Shown: positions 49,441 through 61,655 of the stretch, in pieces
Numbering within the stretch: the first letter of the stretch is position 1
Layout: every line of letters starts with the position of its first letter
Assembly (NCBI RefSeq): GCF_018977255.1
Contig: NW_024704743.1
Span: 105,898,001-105,962,000, forward strand
Direction: 5' to 3'
Length of the DNA: 64,000 nt
Source of the DNA: Callorhinchus milii
Taxonomy: Eukaryota
Program-made: the position numbers and the translations under genes
The notes under the pieces: model-generated
What the model saw: only the letters and a program-made list of their open reading frames with translations
Told to the model about the DNA's origin: nothing
The model's database searches: none

Positions 49441-50994
49441 ATGTAACGATATAGCAAAAAGATTGCTATTGTCCATAATGGAAGACAAACCATGCTGACA
49501 GATCCCACCAGGATCAGCAGCACAAACTACGTAATTCCATGGATTTTTTTTCTTTCTGTTCAATCTGGATTCAAACTCACTCGTCAGCAGTGAAAGAACA
49601 GGGCAGTAATCCATTGCATCACCCAGCCCCCTCCTTGTTTGCAAGCTTCAAATAAAAGCCCGTAAATGAACAACAGGCGCTTAAAAAAATATGGGTTTAA
49701 AACATTGATATGTGGCTTTTTGCCAATTGACATTTTCAGTCAGTAACGGCAGTGGCACAAACATGACACTGGCAGTTTTACAAAGTTGTTGATAAGCATC
49801 TTGCAGATTATTTCTTGGAACACGCAAAAAATATCAAAGCAGCCAAACTGCAATAGATCACAAACTATGTCGCTCGTGTAACTACTGGTGGAAGACAGCT
49901 TTCATAAAGACCTTTCAACCTTTCCTTTAACACTCAATAGAGGTAACAATTTAGTCATTTGGTTTTTTTTTTTAAAAAAAGAGGAAGGAATAAATGTTTG
50001 TGAAAATGTTAGTTCCTTGAAGACTGCTTGTTACTTCCCAACAGATTGGGGTGCTCAATTACTCTGCTTTGAGGGACGGAAATATATCGAGCCAGGCAGC
50101 AGGTGACAACCTGCAATTATATAAGCGGCTTTCATATAGGAGAACATCTTAAGCTGCTACCCCAAGATCCCAAGTGGGAACCTGAACACATGCGGCAATG
50201 GGGGGAGGAGTAGGAGTAAGATGACCAAAGGTGCATTCAAAGAGGTAGGTTTTTAGAAAGGGTTTTGAAAGCAGAGATTGAAGTGTGAGGTGCAGGGATT
50301 GTTCCAGAGAGTGGAGGGGGAGGGGGGGGAATTGTGACTGAACGCTCAGCAACACTGACTACTTTCGAAGAGGTTGCAGTAATAATAAGGTTATTATTAT
50401 TATTATCATGACCCAGGCATTTGGTATAGCCCCTCTCCCAACAGGAGGACATGTCAAAGCTAAATTCATCACAGCATGTATTGTAAAAGTGTAGTGACCA
50501 TGTGTTTTCTAGACAAACTATCTGAACAGTATTGTGAACTTGTTTCCTTTGACAACAAATTACACCAATGATTGATGGAAACATTACGATAGAAGTCATC
50601 ATCTATCCATCAATCTCCGGTCTTCAAAAACTTTGGTGCTGTATCATCCCATGTGTAGGGTTGACATTAGTGGTTATTACTTGGTAGTTTATGGGTCTTG
50701 TCTACTGCTATTGCTGCAACTCATTTGCGGCAACACTACACATGCCCAACCTCCAATGGCTGCAGTGATCAACTTTATTCTTGGTTGTGCCTAATCTTTA
50801 CCATCAATTCCCCTCCTGTATGGATTTCAGATCTTCCTGTCTCCACCATTCTGATTCTGCTCCATTACTTGTCCTTCATGCTCCTCCATTCTGTGAATGT
50901 CCAATCCCTTTGTCACCCACTGAGCTACCAATAACAATGATCCCTATCTGGCTGCTGCAGTACTACTATTAACTTGTTAACATCCAGTCTCCAC

Positions 50995-51222
50995 ACAAGC
51001 AGAAAGGAGTTTCTCCAAATGTCTTGGACATCAAGTGCCGAATAAAAATTGGTCATTCACTTCATGGCTATCTCTGGGGCATTGCTGTGCACAAATTGGC
51101 TGCCGCGTTTATCTATAAATTGCAGTCAGTTCACTTTGGAGTAAATCCTGCAAAATGCTTTGAGACATCCTCCCAATATAAAAGATGCTCTATCAAATGC
51201 AGGGATTATTATTATTATTATT
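50995..51222 (+). mobile_element. Deu-domain SINE 3' half
   Basis: attgctgtgcacaaattggctgccgcgttt; (tta)n tail. Confidence 0.8.
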
Positions 51223-53356
51223 CATAGAAATTTACAGCACAAAACAAGGTCATTTAGCCCATTGATGACAAACTACATTGGAGTAAAAGGGCATTGGTCC
51301 TCTCATGTGCTAAGGGAGCACGCTACCATTTGACCTAATGTCCGTCCCACCATGTAAAAATTCTGGCTGCTCAAGCAATTTTGTTAGCATTTTGTTAAAA
51401 ATTGCGAAAACCTTGCTTTTCCCCATCGTTAACTTAATGGACATCAGTCCTGATTTGCCTTCTCTTTTTGCATGATTACTTTGTACTAGTACAAGCAGAG
51501 TTAATAATTAATGAACAGAAGCAGAGTTACAAGCCAGGCAGAAAGCATTTCAATCTGGCCATTTGCGAAAGAAAGGAAAAGTACCTTTCATTTCTTAAGT
51601 AACTGACCACCTGAGTTTTACTCACCAATACGCAACCCTTGGACTGCCAACGTGTTCCAGTCTCTCTGAGCTGTGATTCTGCACATTTTCAGTTCATACA
51701 GAATGAGTCTAATGTTATTTAACATTAGCAAAGATTTTCAAACATTAGGAATATATTTTACTTAATTATTAGCCATGCAAACAACAACAACTTGCTTTTA
51801 TATAGTGCCCTTTGTGCGGGGTAGTATCTTGGAGGGCTTAACCATGGCAGAACTTGACACCAAGCCAGGGAGAGAGGGGAGGTAACCGTAGGCATGATCT
51901 AAGAAATCTTCACGTGCAATCTGGAAGCGCAAGGAGGGGCCAAGCCAGAGAGACTGAAAACACAATTTCACATAAAATTAAAAAATTAAAATCTTTTTAG
52001 CTGTTTTTATCCTATAATCTTCTGATTCAGAGACATAATCTTACTCCCTCCTCCTCTCTCTTTCCTCTTATCCTCTTTGTCTTGTTTTTGTGTTTTTAAA
52101 TTTAGATTTATGTTTCTTGCCCCATTTAACCCAGCTATCTTTTCTAAACCTTTTTATTTCTTTCCAGTGACCAATATATATGCATGTATCTCGAAGCTTC
52201 TGTATCGCACCAGCTACATAGATGATGCATATGAAAAAGCAACAGTGACTTGCATCCTTTGGATGAGACATTGAACCAAGGTCCCATCTACCTGTTCAGG
52301 TGAACATTAAAAATCCCGTGGCACTATTTGAAAAAAGAAGGGAGTTTTCCTGGTATCCTGGCCAACAATTCTCCCAGGAATACTTGATCATACCTTACTT
52401 TTCAGTGCCATAGGATGTTTAACATCCGTTTGAACAGAGTGACAGGTTTAATGTCTCACCTGAAGGATGGCACCTTTGATAATGTAGCACTCTCTGAGTA
52501 CATTGGTTGGATGTCAGACTAGAATATATGAGCTCAATGTCCTAGGCAAATACAGCAGCCATTTTGTATACAGCAAAGTACCACAAATAGCCACGAGGTG
52601 AATAATACATTGGTTGTTAATTGATAAATAATAATAACAAAACAAATAAATAACAATAATCCCTGCATTTAACAGAGCTCCTTATATCAAAATGGCCTAA
52701 AACATTTCACAGATAATTACTGTTAAATGTAGTGACGATTTTTGTTTAGGCATTCCAAAATGCTATCCCAATTGAAGGACGTTATATAAATGCAAGTTAT
52801 TGTAACAAATCAAGGCCCTAGTATGCACACAACAAGGTTCCAAATCCAGCCATGAAGTGAATGACCAATTTATCTGAACGAGTTTTTGGCCAGCACCAAG
52901 TGATCTTTAAAATGCAACTAAACAGAACCTCAGTGTAACATCTTATCCAACGGATGGCGCAATGCAGTACTCCTCCAGTATTGCACTGAAATATCCATCG
53001 ACAATGACTTCAGAAATATCTTTGTAATAATTTAAATGACTGAATCAGTAGCTGGCTAACAGCAAAGGTAATAATCCCACCTCTTAAACACTACCCTAAA
53101 CTAACTCTCCACTGCAATGCAATTGGCTGACCATTACCTCATACAATGCAGTGCCTATCTCCATTGTTTGTCTGTGGCTTTCTGATGATATCTGCTATGG
53201 CCTTGATCACACTCCCTCTCATACTTCAGCTGATACAAGATGGCAAACATTAACAAAATCAGACTTCAAATGGCACTCGGTATTTCATCTCTAGCATAGG
53301 AACCCAAGGAAGTTACCAATCATGTCAGAGCTTATGTGTGGCTGCCAGGAACATTA

Positions 53357-53790
53357 GGTCAGCCTGGCTCAGGTAGTAGCACTCTCGCCTCTGAGTCAGA
53401 AGGCTGTAGGTTCAGGCCCCACATCAGGACTTTGAACTCACAGTCGAGGCAGACGCTCCAATACTCCGACACTCCAGCGCCACAGGTGCTGCATTGTGGG
53501 AGGTGCCGTCCTTCAGATGAGACGTTAAAACTGAGGTCCCGTCTGCATGTCCAGATTGCTGTTAAAGATCCCATGGCACCAGAACAGAGGAGAGAGTTTC
53601 TCCTGGTGTCCTGCCCAACAACACCCCCCACCCGATACAATTGATTATTCACTTCATGGCTGGTTGTGGAACTTTGTGAATTTGTTGCCACATTTGCTAC
53701 AATTACACAGTCACACCACAGTACAGCAAAATCAGGTGAAGCATTTTTAGATATTTTGAAGACATGGTGAGGCTCTTTGTCACGTGCAAA
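53357..53790 (+). mobile_element. Deu-domain SINE (SacSINE1-like), full length
   Basis: gtcagcctggctcaggtagtagcactctcgcctctgagtcagaagg..gatgagacgttaaa..gttaaagatcccatggcac. Confidence 0.9.
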
Positions 53791-53799
53791 GATTATTAT

Positions 53800-54154
53800 A
53801 AAATAATAATTCTTACATTTGATGTAGCGCCTTATCACGTCTTCGAGACGTCTCAAAGCGCTTCACAGAATTTCCTGTAAAGGGAATTGACTGTATATTT
53901 TGTGGGCAGTGTCCCACAAACAGTCGTGGATTGAGTGAACAATTTATTATTACTTTTATTATTATTATTTTTTAAGGAATTATTACCCCCAGAAAAGCGT
54001 TCCGCCAATCGACTAACAACTGGGTTCAGACTTACTGCTAGGTAAACAGAGGCGTGTGGAATAAGGAAACTTGCCCAATGTTTCGCCCTGATGGGAATCA
54101 AACCCAGGTCTCTCGCTTGTGAGGCTCTAACCACTGAGCTGCAGGACTCCACAT
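53800..54154 (-). mobile_element. tRNA-derived SINE, long-spacer subfamily
   Basis: Head reverse complement ccactgagctgcaggactccacat; internal block as at 10435-10510; L2-type tail. Confidence 0.9.
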
Positions 54155-54516
54155 GTTATTATTGTGCCATTAGGACCCTGATGGGATTGGTGGACACTCA
54201 ACATTTCCTCCCATAAGTTAACCCTTCACAAATGAGAAGAAATATAACTTTTCAATAGCTCTGAGCTATTTGATTTGCTAATCATCCTGCACTAACCCTT
54301 AATAAATAAAACTATGAACTACCCTCAGATAAGGAAGTGATATCAAGCCTGAGATCACTGATTTTTAAATCACATGTGCAGTATCACTGTTTGTTAAATG
54401 TTATGATTTGAATACAAAAAATTGCATCACACTGGTGACTATCAGCAACATATATAGCAGAAAATAGCAAGACATTTCTGAGTTTCAGTTACAATACACA
54501 GAACATAGTACACAAG

Positions 54517-54905
54517 AGTCAGTCTGGCTCAGTTGGAACTACTCTCACATCTGGGTTTAAGCTACATTTTGGGACTTTGAACAAATAGTCCAGGCTGACA
54601 CTCCAGTTCAGGGCTGGGGAGTGCTATATTGTCAGTCATGCCGTTCTTCAGACACTAAACTGAGATCCCATCTGCCATTTAGGGGGACGTTAATGATCCC
54701 ACTCCACTATTCGAAAAGAGAGTGGCGTTTCTCATGGTGTCATGGTCAACAGTCCTCCAGAAAAAATAGGCCATTCACTTCATGGCTATTTGTGGGACTT
54801 TGCTGTGTGCAAATTGGCTGTTGCGTTTATCTACAAATACACAGTCACTACACTTTGCAGTAACTCCTGTTTTGAGACATCCTCCTTACGTGATAAGGCA
54901 ATATA
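54517..54905 (+). mobile_element. Deu-domain SINE
   Basis: gtcagtctggctcagttgg head, ggctgacactccag, tgtgggactttgctgtgtgcaaattggctg. Confidence 0.82.
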
Positions 54906-55314
54906 TTAAAAGCATGAATTATCATTATTATTATAATGATATCCTCTGTTTGAGATGATGTTTGCCTTGCACATGTGACTTGTAGCTCTGGATCTCTCAT
55001 TGCCTTGTATCACACTGCAGACTCCTTGTATGATGTTGGATGTCCAGTCTGTTTGCTTGAACCTCACACAAATGTTGCAGTAATCAGAATTTACAGTCAA
55101 TCCTAAGCAACAAAAGTAGAAATGAGGCTAATGATTGCAGTTAAAAGCAACAATCAGAGACAACAGCCCAAAATAAGATCTGAACCTGTCCCACAATTTG
55201 TGGTTGATCAGAACTGGGTACTAAAAAATACTCAGTAAGTAGTATGTGGCAGCTGAAATCAGATGGAATCAGATTTCAGATTTTACCTTCATTACTGGTC
55301 TGTGTTGAAATATA

Positions 55315-55590
55315 AATAATAATAATAATCCTTGCATTTGATATAGCGCTTTTCACATCTTCTCAACGTCTCAAAGCGCTTCACAGAATAGATTGTAAAG
55401 TGAATTGACCGTATATTTGTGGGCGAAATGTGGCAGCCAATTGCGCACAACAGTGTCCCACAAACAGTCGTGGATTGAAAATGAACAATTTATTATTGTT
55501 TTGTTTTGGAGGGATTATTATTAGGCGTGTGGAGTAAGGAAACTTGCCCAAGGTTTCGCCCTGCCTGGAGTTGAACCCAGGTGTCTCACT
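55315..55590 (-). mobile_element. tRNA-Ala-type SINE (short subfamily), head truncated
   Basis: Reverse complement of ~42570-42840; ends against (tagtagat)n at ~55592-55623. Confidence 0.9.
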
Positions 55591-55843
55591 TAGTGATTAG
55601 TAGATTAGTAGATTTAGTAGATTTCAACTGGACAGCAGTTGAGCCTCTACAATTGCCCTCAATATTTCTGTGTTATGGACAGCAAAAACGTCCACTGTTC
55701 ATTGTCCAGTAGACTTATATTGTTCCTTGCATTTGATATAGCAACCTATCAGGCTGTTGAGACATCTCAGGATTTTACTGTGAAATGTAGTGTCTGTTAT
55801 TTGTAGCATTTGTTGGAATGTGCGGATGTGCAGGTGAGGACAA

Positions 55844-55905
55844 GATGTAATGTTCATAGAGTCAACTCGCCCCACAGGATGTAATGTTCCTAAAGTCAAC
55901 TCTCC
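55844..55905 (+). repeat. Two-copy tandem repeat, 34-bp period
   Basis: gatgtaatgttc(a/c)ta(g/a)agtcaactc at 55844 and 55878. Confidence 0.85.
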
Positions 55906-57272
55906 TGTCACTCACTCACTGAGTTCCTGTATGAACCAGGAACATTTGGTTTAAGATTGGAGGGTAGATGGTGCCTGAGCTGTTATCTCCCAGCTCAAGT
56001 CAATGATTTTACTTTCGCCCACAAATATACAGTCAATTCACTTTGCAGTCTATTCTTCGAGCGCTTCGAGACATCTAGAAGACGTGAAAAGCGCTATATC
56101 AAATGCTAGGATTATTATTATTATATTATTATTTAGCCGAAAACTAGGCAGTGAAATAAAGAAGAGGCAGATAGATTAACTTTGTCCTTAAATTATTCTC
56201 TCTTTCTCAGGTTTCATTCTCCTTTAAGGAACTGCAGTATAAAATAAAGCCAGCTTCCATGTGGGCACATGATTTGGATGATGACTCAGACTGTTATGAG
56301 ATGTGGACTGTTTGTGTGCTGATCCTTCGGGTGTGGGAAAACACAGTGTGCACCGCAGTGTCAGGCAGTCAAATGATTTCTTTCAGCGCACAGTGTGTTC
56401 TATATGTCACCCTGTAAAGTCATTGGACAGGACTCTCTGTTCAGCTGGACTGTCAGTGTGGAACGTAGTATAGTGGCACTGACTCATTAATATGCAAGTG
56501 ATTACTGCAAAGGTGTAACATCAAATACAAATTTTGCCCTGCTCTCGTGTTCCTCAATAACAGGCTTTGTCAGTCATAAGCCTCAAGATTCAATTTCTGG
56601 GTTAAAGATCTATCCATTTTGAAACTTGCAATAAGTGGGTAATAATTATTCCTTGTGCCCTGTTAATTATTACCAGCGGTAGTTATCGTATCCGTGATGA
56701 GTGTGGTGGAGACCAGTCGATAACTGAAGACTGCCCAAGGGCGTGGCCCTGGCACAATAGTTAGGCTCAAAGCCACTGTGTGCCGTGCCATAGAATTTCT
56801 GGCCCGCGGATTACATTGGAATACTGATCCATGGTATACTGGCTTACACCTCGAGTTAAGCTGGAACTGGCACTCGATGCCATGATCTGCAGGCCAAAAG
56901 AACAACACTACGATCAGGTTCACAGCAGTCCAACCGTAGTGACAGAATCGGGATATGGGTGTGGAGAAGTGTGGGGGAGATCGCACCCTGTCTTTAAATA
57001 CAGATTGGCTGCATTGATGTAATCATTTTTTTCGGTCATAATTAACCCATCATCAGTTGAGATTTTCAGACGTATGCCGGTGGATTAAGAGCCAAACAAC
57101 CTTTAAACTTCTGGTTCTTCAATGGGTTAATCTGCTGGGTGCAGTAGTGCCACACATTTACTTTTGTAAAGCTAGGCTAAGTCCTAGCTGGACAAGCAGT
57201 GGGAAAGCTTGCTAAAGATTGTTCTCAATGACAAGCTATGCAGTTTTAGCTGGTTAGACTTCAACTATACCC

Positions 57273-57535
57273 CAACAACAACAACTTACATTTATATAGC
57301 ACCCTCCACACAGGATAACATCTCAGAGCACTTAACAGTGGCAGAGCCTGACTCTGAGCCGGTGGGGGGTGTGGAGGGAGGGAGATGGCCATAACAGTCA
57401 AAGAGGAAGGTTTTCAGGCGAGAATTGAAAACAGGGAGAGAGGGGGCAAGGTGGAGGGAATGAGGGAGAGTGTTCCAGAGTTTCGGGGTGTAGTGGCTGA
57501 AAGCGCGCCCTCCGATGGTGGGGTGGAAGGTGCCA
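57273..57535 (-). mobile_element. L2 3' fragment
   Basis: PTIGGRAFSHYTPKLWNTLP..FNSRLKTFLFD; (caa)n end. Confidence 0.9.
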
Positions 57536-58974
57536 GAGAGAAAATGAGTAATTCCCTGGGGCTGGGCTGCTGCTTGTCTCACAACACATCCAGTGAGAGG
57601 CAGGGCAGCCACAAATCAGGGTAGCAGTACTCAAAACAGCCGGACACCCTTGGTTGGAGGAGAAAGAAACATTCTCTGAGATCCCTAACAAGTTGGCATG
57701 ATGCACAGAAGACAGGTGAAAGGGAGAATAAAGAAATATTAAAATAGAGGTGTTAAGCAGCACTATGAGAGATTTCAGCACAGCTCTTCCCAATCAACAC
57801 AGCAAGCTTTTTACAACAGGATCTTATGTTGCTCAATTAGATCATGGATATTTTGCATTGCGTTTCGTCATTCCGCCGCCCCTCCCCTCCCCCGTTTAGT
57901 GGATGTTTACCCAAGTGCTTCAAAGACCCAACATTTTCTAACTTAATATTCTGATCAAATATTCTTGCACTGTTGCAAACATGATTTTTACTTAATCCAA
58001 ACATGGAAAAGATATGCTTCCGGGGTCCATCATTGACAATTTGACCTCAGTTCACACCGTGCCTTGACTGCTATGTGGGACCTTTCTTCAGTTTCTCAGG
58101 AACTCTTTCTCCAGCTATTTGTACCTCACTATAAAGAGAGCTAATGGAAAGGCTACCACTGAGTACTCTTTTTTTTATCAGCTACCAAGTCACAAAGTAC
58201 ACAAGGCAGTGAGGACATATCATTTGGTTAAAAACATTTAGGCTGGAGCTAGTCATCTGTAATCTGGACAGCTCTTTTTAAACAGCCTCTATTTTGTTCT
58301 AACTTTAAGGTCAATTTAATTGTATTTCTATTTCTTGTGTTTCTTTCTCAGTCCAGTTCCATCTCCTTTTCATTCCTTCTTCCTCACACGCACTTCACTG
58401 ACTCTCTTTTCTCCTCTTATCCACTGTGATTTCCATCCCTCCCTCCCCCACACGTTTCTTCTTACAAATTATATTCTCTTTTCTGTGAAATTGCTTAATG
58501 TTATGAGTCTTTGTTTGTCAATCATTTCCATAGAGAATGTATCTCTGCCTGTTCAAACATACAAGTAATGTTCCTGTCAGTCACACACCCAACGTTCAAG
58601 CAGTGTTCACGTTACTCACATACCCACAGCCAAACTATCTGGTATCAGATTCCACATAGACATGTTCACAGGTTGAAAGCTGTTTTTTAAGTGATCCAGT
58701 ATTCAAAACAAACTTAGGCAGGTAACTAAGTTTGGGGTTTTTAAGAAAAAGGATACAACTGAAATTCTTATAATAAGCTTTGCTCAGTGTTAAGATCTAT
58801 TATGTTGGAACTTTATAATTTTATGCACATATATATATATATATGAAAATGTCAGTTTGTGGTTCTGCCCAAACATTTTAGTTTGTCAGAAACCAATTCC
58901 AAAATGGCATTCCTGGCAATGTTCAGATTAATTTCATATATATATATATAATCCTACAGATTATTCAGGCAGGA

Positions 58975-59450
58975 TCATAAAACACTGGTTAGGCCTCATC
59001 TAGAGTATTGTGTTCAGTCCAAGGCACCACACTTTAGGAAAGATGTCAAAGTATTGGAGAGGATGCAAAGGAGATTTACCAGGATGGTACCAGGAATGAG
59101 GGACTTAGTTATCAGGAGAGGCTAAAGAAGCTAGGATTATTCTCCTTGGAGCAGAGAAGGTTAAGAGGACACATAATAGAAGTTTTCAAAATTATGAGGG
59201 GATTCAATAGAGTGAACAAGGAGAAACTATTTCCATTGGTGGGTGGGTCGGTAACCCGAGGACACTGATTTAAAATAGTTGCAAAAGGAAGCAGAGGGGA
59301 GGTAAGAAGAATTTTTTTCACACAGCGAGTTGTTTGGATCTGGAATGCATTGCCTGAAAGAGTGGTGGAAGCCGATTCAATAACAACTTTTAAGAGAGAA
59401 GTATATAATTATTTGGGGAGGACAAGTTTGCAGGGCTATGGGGAGAGAGC
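58975..59450 (+). mobile_element. CR1 ORF2 C-terminal fragment
   Basis: [54 protein letters not shown]. Confidence 0.93.
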
Positions 59451-60639
59451 AGCACATCATTCTGAATGATAATAACTCTTAAACAATTCTTACATTTGGT
59501 GTAGTGCCTTTCACATCTGGGACATGTTGCAAAGCACTTCACGGGATTTACTGTAAAGCGCTGTAATGACTTTACTGCAGTCAGAGTGTAGTGGAATGAG
59601 TGTTATGCAAAGCATATGTTGATAATTTTCCTGCATTAAAGCTGCTGATCAGAAACGCATTGGGAGCAGAAAATCAAGAAGTCATGACTTAAAAGATATC
59701 TTCTTTGTATTTTTGATTACATCAGAAATGAGCAGAATGCACGTCTTTCTGACTGACTATTTCTGTTATAATTCAACAAAGAAGAAAATTTTCTTTTCGT
59801 GACATTATAACTTTCACACGTAGCTCTTAAGGTTGGAGCCGCACCCACTGAAGTCCGCAGTGTGCCTGAAGTATACTCTGCAGAACTGGCGCAGCAATAA
59901 TCACACTGTTTTTAATCAGGAAAAGCAGCTACGCTACTTTCAGTCACAGTGTTTTTGTAAACTCCACATGGCTCCAGGAATATCACATTGGTTTCAATAT
60001 TTCACATGTTTGAAACGTTGACGTTTCTCCAAATCCATTTTGGCCAAGTTGCCATAACTGTCAATTTTTCTTGAACACAACAGTCAAGGTTTCTTTTTGC
60101 CAGAGAACCAAACCCACAGCCCCCTCCAATTGCACCAGCTGACATCATTGAATACCTGGTGCTGCTCGCTGGCAACAAACAGGTAGTGAGCCTTCAATCT
60201 GAGAACTGTTCAACTGTTGATCTGACTGAAGCAATGCAGTAATTTTCGTTGTGTTTGCTCTGCTTTCGAATAGATTTGGTGCTCAGTGTCTGACTCTCGC
60301 ACACCTTTTAACTTGTTCTTGACCCTGGATGAGCAACCAGCCTCCCTTCTCTAGTTTTCTCACTGCTCTTCAACCGACACTGGAGTGCAATTGGTTGCAT
60401 CCATTAGTTTCTGGGCTGTCGAAGAGTCCATTCTTCATGTACAGCTCTTACCGATTCAACAGTAAATATATCCTGTTGGTCATTGGAGATGCTCTTCTGA
60501 TGTTTAAACAACAACAACTTGCATTAATATAACGCCCTTCATACGGGTAGCGTCTTGGAGCCCTTACGAAAGAGACTATATCAAATATAAGGATTGTTAT
60601 TATATTATTACCTCACATTGGCACATGTATGACATTTTC

Positions 60640-60820
60640 TAATGGACATCATTGGATAACAACCAACAATGGGAACCCTAGCTGATTTGTTTCCCTCGCT
60701 AGTCTGGGGCTCTAATGCTATCCAGCTAACCAACACAGAACAGAGCAGAACTGGAACCTGGGAGCCTCTTTGGTCTGTATGATTCTAACTGGGCAATGAA
60801 TTTAACATTTAACCAATTGC
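60640..60820 (-). mobile_element. LF-SINE-like 5' portion
   Basis: gggaaccctagctgatttgtttccctcgctagtctgggg; aactggaacctggga. Confidence 0.55.
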
Positions 60821-61194
60821 AGCGATGAAATATCCATTTATTTAACTTGTGCTTCCAAATAAATTATTCAGCAAAATGAATATGGCATTTTACCTTTTTT
60901 ACTGTGGTGTGAGCCACTTTTAAAAGTTACATCAGTGGGAAAGAAGCAAATAGTTTATAGTTTAAACACTTAAACATGGTTTGCTTCTGGTACATGATTA
61001 CTTAGAATGATAAGACACAGAGACAGGCCATTCAGCCCAACTAGTCCATGCCAGAAAAGTGCCAAAGAATCTTTAATGGACAGCTGAAAAGGCAGATGGG
61101 ACTTTGTCTTAAAATCTCATTATTTATAGACTCAAGTAAGTGCAAAATTCACTCTTCGTTCTCTTCTGAAAAGAGATTTCCCGTTTGCTAATTG

Positions 61195-61655
61195 TCCCCA
61201 TATCAACCTGTCCGCTCCCTCCATTCAGCAGGCTTTGGCCTGCTCCAAATCCCCAGCCCAGCCTACCCCTCCATCGGCAGTCAGGCCTTCAGCCTCTCTG
61301 CCCCCACCCTGTGGAACTCCATCCCACATCCCCTTCGCCTCGCTGCCTCCCTTGCTTCCTTCATAGAATCATAGAATTATACAGCACAGAAGGAGGCCAT
61401 TTGGTCCATCATGTCTGTGCTGGCTCTTTGAAAAGAGCTATCTAAATCAATCCCACTCCCTGCTATATAATTATTAAATTCAAGACACGTCTCAAGACCC
61501 TCCTCTTCGACTGCTCTTTCAGCCACCCTTCTACCCTCCACTCTCCCTGGTCCCAATGCCCACCCCCACCCTACTCAAGTCCAAATCCCTGACTGTCCGG
61601 CATCTTGGAACGTCTTCCCAACGTAAAAGTTGCTATACAAATGTAATATTATATT
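61195..61655 (+). mobile_element. L2 3' fragment with nested minus-strand CR1 tail (61364-61478)
   Basis: RSLHSAG..IGSQAFSLSAPTLWNSIP, interrupted by catagaatcatagaa..cagcacagaaggaggccatt, resuming at ttcaagacacgtctcaagacc. Confidence 0.88.
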
